NCBI GenBank assembly: GCA_028534125.1
Contig: CM052851.1
Coordinates: 15,066,001-15,130,000 of the forward strand
Source of the DNA: Lama glama
Taxonomy: Eukaryota
Length of the DNA stretch: 64,000 bases
Direction: 5' to 3'
Part shown: piece by piece, positions 50,001-63,140 of the stretch
Layout: each line of letters starts with the position of its first letter
Position numbering within the stretch: the first letter of the stretch is position 1
The notes under the pieces: model-generated
What the model was told of the DNA's origin: nothing
Seen by the model: only the letters and a program-made list of their open reading frames with translations
The model's database searches: none
Program-made: the position numbers and the translations under genes

Positions 50001-52601
50001 CCCGATGTCCGGAGGGAAAGGGGACTGTATGCGTTGCAGTAGGAAAGCAGGTATGTAAATGGACTGAGTGTGACTGGACTCAACAGGACAGGGCCCTCAG
50101 CACTTTGCCTAGATCCCCCCACCCTCTACTCCTTCAGCTCTCCCAGGAAGCTCCGTGTGATCCTGAGCACGTGGGCCATATGCGTATGCCCCTTCCACAG
50201 ATCGGGAAACTGAGGCTCAGGGAGATACCGAGCCAGGGTCACAACGTGGAACTGGCAGAGGCTGTCTGGAGCTGATTCTGTCCCTCTGCCCAATCCTCCC
50301 CGTTATCTGCCCAGAACACCCACTCGCTAGAGCAGATAGAGTTCAGGCCTTAGACCGAGGCTCAAGCAGACACCCATCCCTGCTTGAGGGGTTGGGTGGG
50401 TGGAGGGGGAATGAAATCCAAGCTGACTGCAGGCAAGGGGAGGAATGGGCACTACCTGAGGGCCTCGAACCCACCAGCCATCAGCTCCTCACACAAGCTT
50501 CACGGCGGTCAGTGAGGAAAGTAGCTTTATTTTTAGAAAGAAGCCAGCGGTCACAGAAGAGAAGTAACCCTCTCAGGGTGGGAAGGTATGAGAGTCACAG
50601 GTCTGAGGCTGACCTTCAGGGGCTCAGCTGTTCCCAGCCCACACAGACCCAGCATCCTGAGCCCTGCCGGCCTGGCAGACCCCCAGGGGCCTGGGCCCAC
50701 AGCAGCCCCCGTCCCTGCTCTCCTTGGTGAGTTAACTAACTGTGTCAGCTAGTTCACCCGCTGGACAGAACCCGAGACAGCTGAGTTGGCTTGGCCACAG
50801 CACCAAGGTTTCCAAGAGGGAAGAAAGTGGCTGGAGCTGGGTCTGGAAGGATGAGAAAGACTCAGATCAGGAGACAAGGGAGGAGGTGAGGGTACAGGCA
50901 GAACAACAGGGCAGGGGCACCGACGCCTGAAAGTCTGGAAAATTCTGTACCATGCATTTGGAAGGCAGGCACAGTCCTCAGGGGAACCAGGGGCTGAGGT
51001 GGAGGGTGACCTGGGCCAGATCCCACCTCCCCCCACCACCAGGAACTTCAAATGCCCTGGCCTGGGAAGGAGCCAGTAATAGGGACAGACTGGACCACCC
51101 TATCTTCCCTCCCCAGAGGGAGGATTTCTGGCTAGCCTTTCCTGGAGTCCTGGGCCCCTGGCACCCAAGAGCCACTAGTCCAACTAAGAGTCCCAATTCT
51201 GAGCTGAGAAGAAAGAGGAGCCCAGAGTTCTCCCTCCTTACTTAGGATGCAGCTTTTGGTGATGAACCAAGCTCAGGATGGCGAGCGAAGACAACACGGG
51301 TTCAAGTCCTGCCTCTAGCCCCTCCTTAGCTGTAGGATCCTGAGCATGTCACTCGCAGCCTCTGTCATCTGTAAAGTGGGCTCAGTAATAATACCTTCCT
51401 TGTCTGTTTCACAAGTAGGCTTGCAGGACTAAGGCTGTGAGAAAATGTCCACTGCTAAAAGCTATAAAGCGTAAGATATCATTATGAGAAATGAGGGCTT
51501 GGGGGACCTGTGTGAGTCAGGATCACACAGCCAGGTGGCAGCCAAGCATGATCTAAACTGAGTCTCTTGTTGGCTAGGCCAGGGCCCTCCTCCCACTGCA
51601 AGACCCTGAATCCCAGGGGAGCCCCGCCCCTTGGGCTGGCCCTCTTTGAGTGAGTGGTGGATGGAGCACAGTTTGTCTTCCCCACATCCCAGCTCCTTTG
51701 GTCCAGGATCCATTGAGACTCCAGACCTAGGGATGCCCGGACATGGAGTTTGGGATTAAAAGCCCAGCTCTGCCCTCCTTCAGCTGTGACCTTGGCAAGT
51801 CGTTTCAGCTCCAGGAGCCTCCGTTTCCTTATCTGTAAGTGGGGGGTGATGATAACCTCTCCTGGCGAAGGCGCTGGGAAGAGGATGACTTGACATCATG
51901 GTTGCACAGTGCCCGGGGCTGGGCCTGGCACACATCAGATGCTCGACAGGTGAGGGTTCTCTTCTTTCCCTCTGCTGTGCCTGCCAGATAGCACCCAGGC
52001 TTAACTGGGAAAAGTTTCCAGCCTCCCGGAAAACTGGCCCAGAACAATGACCAGGAACATAAACTGGCTGGAGAACACTAGATCCTGGAAGATCAGGTTA
52101 CTGAATGGTTAATGGAAGTAAAAAGTAGAGCAAGACCCTGGCTCAGAGACAGTGTAGGGGAACCTGCCATCCCAGCCCCCTCACTTGGAGTCCCCTGGGC
52201 AGGCACAGTGTTCAGGGAACCTCTGATCCTGCACCACACCTGCATGGGGGAATCCCAGGGAGCGTGCATGTGTGTGAGGGGATTCAGGAGGAGCAGGGAG
52301 AGGTGACAAGGCCAGGAGTCTTGTATTAGTGCTCCTCCCAGCTTTTAGGTCATCCTTGGACATATCAGATCACCTGCCAGAGCCTCAGTCTTCATTTCTG
52401 TAAATGGGGGTGGTGGTAATTGTCTTATTCTTTTGCACTTATCTAACAGCACATACTAGAGAAAAGGTGATGAGGTGGGTGTGGGGAAAGGTGAGTTCAG
52501 ACCTCACATAAGCCTTTATTAAACAAGGCAAGGCTCCTACTGTCAGCATTCCTAGGAGCTGAAATTCACCACACAGCCTGTCCTGCCCCAATCCACTCCT
52601 G

Positions 52602-52778
52602 CACTGGTTCTCAAAGTGGGGTCCCAGACCAAGAGCAGCAGCATCTCCTGGAGACATGTTAGCAACACACATTCCCAGGCTGCACCCTAGACCAATGGAA
52701 ACACAAACTCTTGGGGTATAAGCTGTGTTTTAACAAATGCTCAGGAGACTCTGATGTATGTCAGAGTTAGAACCATTA
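52602..52778 (+). mobile_element. MER5A
   Basis: cactggttctcaaagtggggtcccagacca..gcagcagcatctcctgg...tgtgttttaacaa...agaaccatta. Confidence 0.8.
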
Positions 52779-53030
52779 CACCACCCCATAAGCCCCCCTC
52801 CTACTCCAGAGAAACTTCTTCCCACAGATTCATCTTCCCACTCCCTGGCTCCCAGAAGGCTGCTGGGGAGGAAGGAGTCACCATGGAGAGAGGTCATTAA
52901 ATAGTAAAGATCCCATGATTAGTTAATGACACTACAGGCTCCCGGAGAGGAGGAGGGTCAAAAGTCAGACTGAAGTTGAAGAGTAAAATCTCCTCCATAT
53001 CTGTCTATCTTTCTCTTTCTGTCTGACTCT

Positions 53031-53032
<2 letters not shown>

Positions 53033-53068
<36 letters not shown>
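53033..53068. repeat. (AC)18 perfect microsatellite
   Basis: Seen directly; long enough to be a likely polymorphic marker. Confidence 0.97.
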
Positions 53069-53072
<4 letters not shown>

Positions 53073-53234
53073 GCCCCAAGGTTTTGCCCTCTTCCTTCTG
53101 TGAGTTTGCTAACTGACACTGAGAGACAGCGCCTCTCCCCCCAGGAGGTGGAGCTGAATGTGGGGGTACATTCTGGTTGGTATCTGGGAAAGGGCTTCTC
53201 CAGGAGAATTTGGCCCCCAGACCTGGAGTTTAAG

Positions 53235-53670
53235 AACCATCTGACTGGGAAGCCACTTCTAAGAATTTAGTCTGTGGCGACCATTAAAGTGGAACACAAA
53301 ACAGACGTATGGACAAGGTGGTCACTATAGCAATGTGGGTACTAATGAAAAATGCAAAACAGCCTCAATGTGCAACAGCAGGGGAATGTTTAAGTGGGTC
53401 ATGGCAGATCTGTGTGGTGCGATACTATGGAGCTGGGAAACCCGTCGTGGAAGAATATCAAATAACATGGAAAAACCCTCCGTCCACGCTGTTAACCTAA
53501 AAGCGGCAGCACAGGAAGTGGTTCATATGGTATGATCCCAATCGTGTGTGTGTGTGTGTGTATACACCAGACTGTTCACAGTACTTATCTCTGAGCTGTT
53601 ATTTCCTCCTTTGCATCTGTTCTTCACCCTCCAACTTTTTCCATGAGACTATTTCTTTGATAATTAGGAG
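53235..53670 (+). mobile_element. Old L1M fragment (ORF2 end/3'UTR) with (GT)9 at 53544-53561
   Basis: ccacttctaagaatttag...aaacagcctcaatgtgcaacagcaggggaatgtttaag...atactatggagc. Confidence 0.65.
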
Positions 53671-55075
53671 TTTTTTTCTTTTTTTTAAAGGGCCCATTGG
53701 TTCAGATGGAGAGGAAAGTTTTTAAAAGGTTGCCAGAATGCCTCTTCCCTACGTCAGAATCACTGGCCTGGGGGCAGCAGGGGGTACCACAAGGGAGCCT
53801 TGGTCCCCCCAGGTGGTGTTCACACTCTGCATGGTCGCCATGTGGTCTCCATGAGCATGATCAGGACCAACAAGTAGGAGTGAGGGTGGGTTTACTCAAA
53901 TCCTATGCCGTATTCTTTGAGTCACATCTGCCCAGAGATGAAAGGCAGTGAACTCTCCAAGCCTTAGGGTGTGCAAGCAAAGGCTGAATGTTGTTCATGG
54001 GATCAGACTAGGTAGGCAGGTGGACTCAATGAACTATAATGCTGCTCACAAGACCATGATCTTGTGAATCTAGTCACAGGCTCCCAACTTTGCCCTCAAC
54101 TCTAAGCCAAACGTACCCAGGTCAAGGCTGGGCTCAGACAGTCTGATCAAGGAATAAGTCCATAGAGGCCTCAGGTATTCCTGACCCCTAGATCTGCAAA
54201 TGGCCCTAAAAAGCTCTTTCACTCCAGATCAGGGACCTCCCTCTTTGGGGAGGAGGATGCTGTCACTTCCCCAAAGGGATGGCAGGAGCAGCCTTCATTC
54301 ATCACTATCACCTTTATCATCCTCTGGCTTATATGGGGGGTTCATTCAGTGCTGGGCCCACCATGAAGCATTTTATCCACAATCATTATCTCATTTAATC
54401 TTCACCAAAAGCAGGGAGAGAGGTGCCATTATCATTCTCCATCTCATGGATAAGGAAACCAGGGCTCCAAGAGGCTGAGAAATTGTCCAAAGATGAGTAG
54501 ATAGTGGGAGAAAGAGCTGGCCCCTACTGAGGTCTGGGCAACATCAAGGCCTGAGGACTTTGAAGAAGTCTAAGCTAAGCACGACCCCAGGGGTCCCCTA
54601 CACAGCCTGCCCAGCATGGATTTCTGATATGCACCCGAGAAGCATGGCACCACGCTATACAGTCCTGGTAAAAGGGGAGCCACCAGACGCTGCCAGAGAG
54701 GGTGTGGGGTGGAGAGAAAGGGGACTGGAGGGGCATTGGAGAACTTCTAAGACACAGCCTCTGGCCCCAGTTATTCCTCTGCTGTGAGTTCACAGAGGCC
54801 AGGGGTCAGGGAGGTGGCTTGTCTATGTGACCGACAGTGACCCAGTGCCTTGCCACCCACTCACTTGCAGCGGGACCTCAGACAATCAATCCTCCCCCGC
54901 CCCCACTGAGTTTCTATTTTTCTCTCTGCCTGAGGATGTCTCATCTCCCATTGCAAACAACATTCTAACATTCCATCTCCTAAGATGGTGAATGGAAGCG
55001 TGATTTTTCCAACTTTAGTAGTAGAATTACTCATCGCTATCATTATTGTTAGCAACGTCAAATTAACATGTACTG

Positions 55076-55134
55076 AGTGCCTGAGTACCAGGCATCACTG
55101 GAAGTGCCTGAGTACCAAGCATCATTGAGAGTGC
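55076..55134. repeat. 27-bp tandem duplication (2.2 copies)
   Basis: agtgcctgagtaccaggcatcactgga / agtgcctgagtaccaagcatcattgag / agtgc. Confidence 0.85.
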
Positions 55135-58100
55135 ACAGTAGGTATGTGGGGGAACACACATTCCTCTCTCCACCTGTTTCCCTCACAAGGGACCTCAACG
55201 GGAGAAATACATCAGGCCTCCCTCTGCTCCCTTCTTCAGTTCACACCAGGAGCCCAGCAGTAGCTCATCTGATTGGTTCATCTGGGAGACGTACTGGGCA
55301 TGCTCAGCGGGGCCCCGCCTCTCACTGAGCAAGGCTGCCTGCAGGGAGCGGTCCATCTGGGCTGCTCCCCTGCTTACTACCAGCTCCTGCAGGGAGGCTG
55401 GCTCCTGTTCAGCACTGCCTGTGACCGGACAGGTAACTCTGCCAGTTCCAGGGCAGACGGTTAGCAAGTCCTCTGGGCAATGGATCTAAAGCCACGTCCT
55501 CTGGGCTTCCTTTGGCGCGCCATCTTTGTCAACAGTTCTTTTCACTTGGTTCCAAATTTAGCAGAAGAGGGCTTCCCTCTAAAACTTCCACAAGTGTGAG
55601 GCTCCTTTAATCCTCACAGCACGCCTCAGAGTTAGGTATTATTATTACCTCTAATTTACATGTGAGGAAAGTAAGCCCTTTGGTGTCAAGGATTGCTGAA
55701 AAGCTTTCCAAACACCAGGCAGCACTCAGGGTGGGTCCACCATGATGGAAGCTGTATTCATATCTGACTCTAGTCTCCCTCCATAGACACTCCCTCAGTC
55801 TTTTGAGGCTCGACAAATTGATACTCACTTCAAACCAACACCCCATCCCCTTTTGAAATAAATATGATTATTAGCAACAACAAAAAACTCGATATGATCC
55901 CAAGCTCATATAATACATTTTTGTTTGAATATGTATAGTAAGCTTTTTGATACCTTTATTGTATAAGTGTATAAAAATAACAGGGGCTCACTGCAGAAGA
56001 TTCAAAAAACAGGGAAAAAAAATAAAAATAATAAAGATCTGTAATCTGATCTAGCTAATCCCATTATTAGGTGTATATTTAAGTGTATTCATCTACTTCT
56101 TGGCCTTGTTGAGTGCAGTTGCTGGGGAGTGCTCAGCCATTCTGTGTCTGCAGTGCCTCCATGGCAGTGTGAGGACCTGCCCACCTACTGTGGTCGTCTC
56201 AGTGCAGAAGAGGCTAGGCACCCAGCAGTCCTTTCTCTGAACAAAACCCTGCAATTCTCCGCTGTGATACTACACATATGTCTCTTAGCAAAGTCAAGTG
56301 CAGCAAATGCAAGATAATAGAGTTTTGCAGCCCAGGAAGGGCTTTAACTTGCCTAAGGTCACATGGCAAGTAAAGAATGAGCTGGGATCAGAACCCAGGT
56401 CTTTGGATTCCCAGACTCAAGCTGTTCACCAAGCTTTCCTGCCCCCAAAGACGTAAATCCTGCTTCCTATTAATGACAGCAACACCACCCCAAAGAGCTG
56501 GTACATGTAAAGCACTTACTACATGCCAGGCACACGTCATAAATGCTTCACAGACATTAATTCAAATCATTCTCAAACAACCTTATGAGGTAAGTAGTAT
56601 TACCATCTCCATGTTAGAAGCTAAAACTGATGTGCAGAGGGGTTAAGACACTCAGCAGGGTCACACCGAGCAGGTGAATAGCAGAGGTAGAAATGATCAT
56701 CCTCAGGCAGTTTGATGCCACAGTCCATGACATTGCCTATGGTTCCTTCCCTACTGTCCTGGGGGAAGGCCAGCTGGACCCCAGGCAGGCTTCCGCAGCA
56801 TTTGCTGCCTGAAGAGTAAGAAAAATAGCCTGGAGGGGTCACCCTCGTGGACCAGGTCACTCTGCAACTTCACAGCAGAGCCAGGAGTTGAACCCAGGCT
56901 TCCTAACACCCAGGCTCCAGCACTTCGTCCACTTTCTGCATGGGTCCTATAAGCCTAGCTCCAGAGTTCTCAGCAACTCCCATCCCAGATCACCCAGCAC
57001 AGCAGGGAAGGTCAGAGTGGGGCCCAAAGAAGGGGCGGAAGTCCCCACTGGCGACAAAGAAGCCAGAGGGGAGAGTGGAGATACCTCCCAGAGCTGCCCA
57101 CCTGGTGATCGCCAGGGATACTGTTAGCGGTGGGCCTCCTGGAGGGCATCTTCCCACCCCCCAGCCTAAACCCACGTCTCACAGGGCAGGAGCACCTTCC
57201 GCGAATAACTGCTGACTTGAAGGTGCCTTTGCTGGCTGAGTCAGGGCTCACTAAGGGCCAGAGAGGCCTCTCCCCAAGCTGGGGCTGGAGGAAGTCGGGT
57301 CCTTCCCCTCTCAGGAGGGGAAAGGCCAGGTCTCACAGGGGAAGTCAAAGCCTGGACTGAAGCCATCCCAGGCCAGCCAGATCATTCCCACTTCCCTGGA
57401 CCCCAGTTCCAGGCATGAGCAGGTAGGCCTGAAGGGCAAGGTGAGGGCATCCAGCCCCTGCTTCCTGGCTCTGCTTTTGTCACGAAGTCATTGAGGATCT
57501 GGCTCCGAGCTGGGTCCTACTGGGCCACCCTGAGGAGAATCACTTATTCATTCAACCATCATTTCCTGAACACTTGCTGTGGGCCAGGGCTTGTGCCAGG
57601 AGTCAGGATACAGAGATGGACAGAGCAGTCCCTGGCTGGCAGGATTCAGAGAGACACTCCATATGCCACAAACAGCAGCAAAGAGGCAAGTGCTCGGTGT
57701 AGACAGCACAGAGGAAAGAGAGGAAGGGAAAGGAGGGGGTTTGGAGAAAGTCTGCCTTTGACATACAAACCAACTTCCCCTCAGGAAGCTTAGAGTCACC
57801 CTGGGGAGACCCAGCCACCCCCAGGAAGAGGACCACATGGGCGGAAATGACTAGTGTCTTGGGGCATACGCACACTTACGCTGAAGAGGCACAGAGGGCC
57901 CAGACAGAAGGTTCCTGGAGGCCTGAGCAGCAGCCTGGTACAAGCCTTGAAAGACTGGCTAGATGCAGAAAATAATATTCATGGCAGCAGCTCTCATTTA
58001 CGGACGGTTCACCATGCGTAGATGTAAAATTGCTAAGTAAGTGCTTCGCATGCACTTTTTTGTTTTAACCTCATGGGACCATGTCACTGTGTGAAGTAGT

Positions 58101-59829
58101 TACCATTATTATCCCCAATTTATAGATTATGAAACTGAGGCTCAGAAAGGGGCACATAGCTGAGAATGGGCAGGGGCAAGATTTCTGCTCCAAGTCCAAC
58201 TCTTGACCCCATACTGTACCATTTCCCTAATCTGCGGACAGGCCGAAGGTAGGTGAGGGTGCTTCAGGTAAGGGGTAGGCAAGGTTAGGAGGAGGAAACA
58301 ATTATTGTATGTTTGAGAGGAGTCGCCTAGTTCCAGGGTCTCTGTATTGAGACCTTGTGGGGTATGTGTGTGTATGTGTGTACTTATATGTGCCCTGCTT
58401 TATAAATGACAGATCCCAGGTTACAGAACCCCCTGAGAGCCAAGTACAGAATAGGCCATTAGCAGAGCAGGGAAAGAAAGCCCAGAGAGGAGACAGAATT
58501 TATGAAAGGTCACACAGCCTATAAACAGAAGAGCTGAAACTAAATCTAAGAACCAGCATACAGGCCTCTTCCCTCCCCTCAGCTGCTTCTCCATGTCAGC
58601 ACAGAGTGAATCAGCTGCTGACAGGAAAACCACGGTGTAGGGGGAACCCCAGGGGTGAGTCAGGAACCAGCCAGCCCCCAGACACCAGCTGGGCCCATCA
58701 CAGAGGCCCTGGGCCTGTGGTTGGCCTCCTCGCAGGCAGCATCAGGGGGCGAGGGGAAGAGGGAAGCAGGCATAGCATGCCGCTCAGCCCATGTTTACCT
58801 CTGGGCTTCCCTCCTGCTCCCCAGACCCAGGCTTAGAGGAGGGAAGCGGGTGGGCAGGGCAGTTCCTGCTGAGATTAAACCGGCGCCCCGACTCCTAGCC
58901 CTGGCCTGTCCCACAGAGGGGCCCAGGCTCGTCCCTCTTGCCCGCCTCTCACAGAGCCAACTCCTGACTGTTGTTTCTCCTGGTGAAATCATAGCTGCCC
59001 CTTGAGCTTCCCATGGGGTGGAGGAAGTGGGTTTAAAGGTGTGGAGTAGGGGGTTAAGGCCAAGCCAAAACCAGGGGGTGCCAGCTGGCCCCAGATGCTC
59101 CAAATTGAAAGGGATGCTCAGGGCTTGGGGTCACTCAGCCTTGTGCCAGGAAGGGGCTGTCTGGTCCTCAAGGGGTAGCAGGGGCTGGGTCCCCAGGGTT
59201 GGTAGGAATTGGGGGAGAGGAGCTTCCAGGCAATGGTTCAAAAGTCTGAAGTCTCAAGAGAGAGGGGACTGCCCCACATTGTAGAAACTTCAGAGGAGCC
59301 CGGGAGGAGCCAAAAATCTGCCCGTACCCATGTGGGAAACTTGTGCCCCTACTGGTTAACCTCTTATCCTGGCCCTCCTTGGGCTGGGACTAAGAGGGGA
59401 GAGCTCCAAGTCCTTCTTCCCAGCAACCCTGCTCTCCAATCACACCCCTCTCCCAGGCCCTCGACTGGCTCAGGTTCCCTCCATTTGGCCCAGATGCCTC
59501 CCTGTCCTGGGTAAAAACAGAGCCTTCTGGGTGGCTCCCTCACTATCACTCTGTAGCACTCATCACCCTCCCCAGCACCCACATCCACCCAATCCAGCCA
59601 TCTTCCTGAGCACCTGCTATGTACCAGGGTCTAGGCTGGGTGAGGGATAGGAAGAAACATGGGGCACACACTGGGACACTTGCTACATTGCCCTTCCAAC
59701 AGTGCCTTTCCTATCCCCCAGCTGTAGACAATCCCAAAGCCCCCCAGAGCCTTCTGTCCCCATCACCACAGCCATCGGCTCCTTATCCCTTGCTCACTGG
59801 GTCCTGCACCCCAGTGCATCTGGCAGACT

Positions 59830-60350
59830 GTCCTTCTTAAAGTGGCACTCTGATTACGTCACCCCACTGCTCAAAAACCTTCGGTGGCCCTCACTTTCTT
59901 CAGATCCAATCCAAACATCTCACGTTCAAGGTCCTCCACGAGTTGATCCAACCTACCATTCCCCCTTCACATCCCTGCACAATCCCAACTCTTCAGCCAG
60001 ACTGATCATTCTAGCAGTTTCTTAAAAATTTCCTGAGCATGCTGACCACCTTGTCTTCCCCTAGGCATCTTCCTCTGACTAAAACGCTATCTTTGCTGTG
60101 GCTGCTGAAACCCTCCCAATCCTTCAGGTCCACCCAAAACTCCATCTCCTGCATGAAGCTTTCTTGAAGATTCCTCTGACCCTTTCTTCATTTATCTCCT
60201 ATAAATGTCGCTGCCCCCCCCAAGTCCCTTACCACATGGTAAGCAACTAAGAATGGGGTCAGTACGTCATCATCTATCATTCATCATGTGGGGAGGAGGG
60301 GTGGTGGGAGGACTTTCTACTAGATGTTTACTAAGCACTGTTTGAAATGA
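59830..60350 (+). mobile_element. L2 relic
   Basis: tctgattacgtcaccccactgctcaaaaaccttcggtggc...tccttcaggtccacccaaaactccatctcctgcatgaagctttc. Confidence 0.65.
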
Positions 60351-62039
60351 ACATCTCCTCCCTGCACAAGCAACACGTACTGACCTCTCTCCCTCCAGAC
60401 CAAACTCTAATCTTAAGCCACTCAAATACTTGGAGAGGGGAGTCGGTGGCCCCGAGTTGATTCAAGCCCAACCAGGACTTGGGATCCCAGGCAGAAAGTC
60501 CTGTTCAAGTCTCACCAACTCCAGGAAGCCCCTTTACCCCCAACCCTGGTTTCTCCAGAGTCTCACTTCTCCTGAGCACTGTCTCTCCCACACATACACA
60601 CACTGTCTCCTCCACACAGTACAACCTCCAATCAGACCCTGTCTGTTAGTAATTTCCAGCAGGTTCCAAAGTGTAGGGCTCATCTCCCCAGGAGATACAG
60701 GGAGCCAGCTGTCTTCGGTGCCCAACCGTGATCAAACAGATAACAGGTATCCACACTGCCCCTGACTTCTACCCCAAGCCAAGCATGCAATGCAGGAGCT
60801 GGATTCTGGCCACCAGGCCAGTACAAACCCATGAAATCTATCTGGACTTGAGCCCTGGCCATGAGTTATCCTCTCCAGCAGGGGCATAGTAGGGCTGGGA
60901 GCCTCACATTTAGCAACTCAAAATGAGGGCAAAAACCAGGAATGGCTAGTTGACGTCTGTATACCCTAGCTCCATCTAATATACAGTGCTAAGTAAATAT
61001 TTTGGGGGTTATTTAACTGGACATCTAACAACTATAAACAATATTACCAAAAATTCAGTTACTCTTTGGTCCAGATGACACACTCTTCAACCCCAAAATG
61101 GACAAAATGATACTGGTGGCAGATGGCAAGTTTTGGCTCTCACAAGTTTAGGAGGAGCTGCAGCCAGCCTCTGGCCCTCCAAAAACAGTCTCATTCCCAG
61201 GCAGGAGGCCAGCCCATCACCTGCCTTTCCACATCAGAGCAGCTGTCACACAGTGAAGTCTCACTGGTGCTTGGCGCCCTGCTAAGCACTATATACACAT
61301 TATTCTATTGTCCTCACTACTACCATTGAGTACTGTCACTACCCCCATTTTACAGATGAGGAAATTGAAGCTTGAAGGGGGAGTGGAATCAGAATCAATT
61401 TGGTCCCAAGTCCTTGATCACTGAACTAGGCTGCCCAGTTACCATGGCCCTGGCACAGGGCACTTGCTACCACAAGGGACAGCACCTGGACATGCAACAA
61501 GAACTCCAGGCACCGGGCTTAACTCTGGGCCCAATGGTTTGGCGGGGTTTTCCCTTTTCTTCCCCACTCACCTGGATAAGAACTTGTCCCCTAGTTTCTG
61601 CCAGGGGCCTCCCAAGCCAGCTCACCTGGAAAAGCCCTGAGAAGGGGACAAATGCCCTGCTGAGTTTCCCACCCCAAGTCATACTAGGCTCTCAGAGTTG
61701 GGGCAGGAGGAGGCTGAAATCTCCCTGACTTGGGTCCCCCCCTCCGTCCCTGCTTCCCCAGGCCCATCGATTCAAGCCCCATCTGAGGAACTAGTGTGAC
61801 CTTTAAAGCAATTCGCTTCATGCTCGCAAAGTTGGCTTTGCTCAGTGCCACTCTGCAGGGAGGCAAACTGTAGTCTGGGCGGAGCGATCTGAATACCTGT
61901 GGCTGAAGTGCAGTCTGCTCTCAGCTGCCAGCCTCACCTTCCGGGGTTTCAGCGAGAAAGGGCAACGGGACCATGGAGGTCACCCGGTTCACCCCCTTCC
62001 TCCTACTGGAACCCGAGAGGTCCTGAACCGGGTGGGAGG

Positions 62040-63140
62040 ACGGGTCCAGGGTCACACATGACGGAGCCGGAGAATTGGGGATCAGGACTCAGGAACTTAA
62101 GCTCCTTCTCACCCACCAGCTGCCTTCGTGGCCCGACCTGTCACTTGTGCCGAGAAAGCTGCCCAAGCGGTCTCTGAAAGTGGGGGCGAAAACTAACTTT
62201 GCCCGTGGTTGTCCGGCAGGCCTCCCCCCGCCCCTTCTCACCTGCTGGCTCTGCTTTTCGCTTGGCGCTACAAGCCCGGCGTCGCCCGCTCGCGCCTCAG
62301 TCAGCGTCCAACTGCGCAACCCTGGGTTCAGTCACTCGATGGTCCCCCTCCCGGCGGTCGACGGGGAACGCAACGGCCGGCGCCAGGCCCCGCCCCTTCC
62401 AGAGGCCCCGCCTTGGACACGCCCCTCGGCCTCCAGACTTGGACCTCCAGCACCGCCCCCAGGTCCTGCAGGAATGTTGCCTGGCTCCCGACCCGACCAG
62501 GCTCCTCCCGCTACGGCCTCCCTTTCCTAACCCTCCAGCCCCGCCCCGGGTCCGGCGGCGGGGTGGGGCTCCGCCCCTTGCTCGGCCCCGCTACAGCCTC
62601 CCCAACAGAACCGGGCCTGCCCCGCCCCCACGTCACGCGGGAGGATGAGGCCAGTCCCTGGGCCCGCCTCCTCGGCCGGGTCCTCTGTGCCCCTCCAGGC
62701 TCTGCCCGGCTCTGCCCGGACGCAGCCTGGTTCTCTATCTGGCTGGGTCCCGCGCTTGAGTCCTGCTAGGGGGTAAGCCCCATAATCAGCGCTACCTAAC
62801 GGTCCCGCCCCTCCTCGCCCTTCCTCATCCTTGCCAGGCCCTCCCCAGGTACCAGACCCCCAGGTCCCTCCAACGCCGATGGCCGCTCTCCCACCGCCCC
62901 CAGCCTCCGACGTCCTCTCCTCTGGGCCTACCCCCGCCCCAGCCCACCTAAGTTGAGGCCACGCCCCAGAAACGCCCCTTCCCCGCCTCAGCGCCTCCCT
63001 AATGCTGCCCTGCCCTGGCAACCCAACCCAGGGCGGGCGGGCCTCCGGCCCCAAAGCTGGCATTCCAGGGCGGGTGTATCCGGGTGCAACCGGCGAACAG
63101 CGTGGGAGCGCTTTGCGTTCCAAGTCCGGGCCTCTGGCAG
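62040..63140 (-). promoter_or_regulatory. CpG-island, TATA-less CD82 promoter with multiple Sp/KLF GC boxes
   Basis: Only CpG-dense segment in the window. CCGCCC boxes near 62390, 62540, 62575, 62620, 62805, 62895 and 62935; CACGTCA (ATF/USF-like) near 62630. Confidence 0.88.
62242..62400 (-). other. CD82: CD82 non-coding exon 1 (5' end approximate)
   Basis: Minus strand reads ...gactgaggcgcgagcgggcgacgccgggcttgtagcgccaagcgaaaagcagagccagcag|gtgaga. It has a strong donor, lies in the CpG island, contains no upstream ATG and closely resembles the human CD82 5'UTR as I recall it. Confidence 0.85.

Larger units (their letters stand above)
12220..62400 (-). other. CD82: CD82 (KAI1/TSPAN27) gene span; both ends approximate
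   Basis: Eight GT-AG coding exons (63+73+125+75+102+213+84+78 = 813 nt) splice to a 270-aa tetraspanin: MGSACIKVTKYFLFLFNLLFF...CCG...PCSC...GC...HSEDYSEVPKY*. Polar TM residues N17, Q99 and E245 and six EC2 cysteines are present. Confidence 0.97.
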
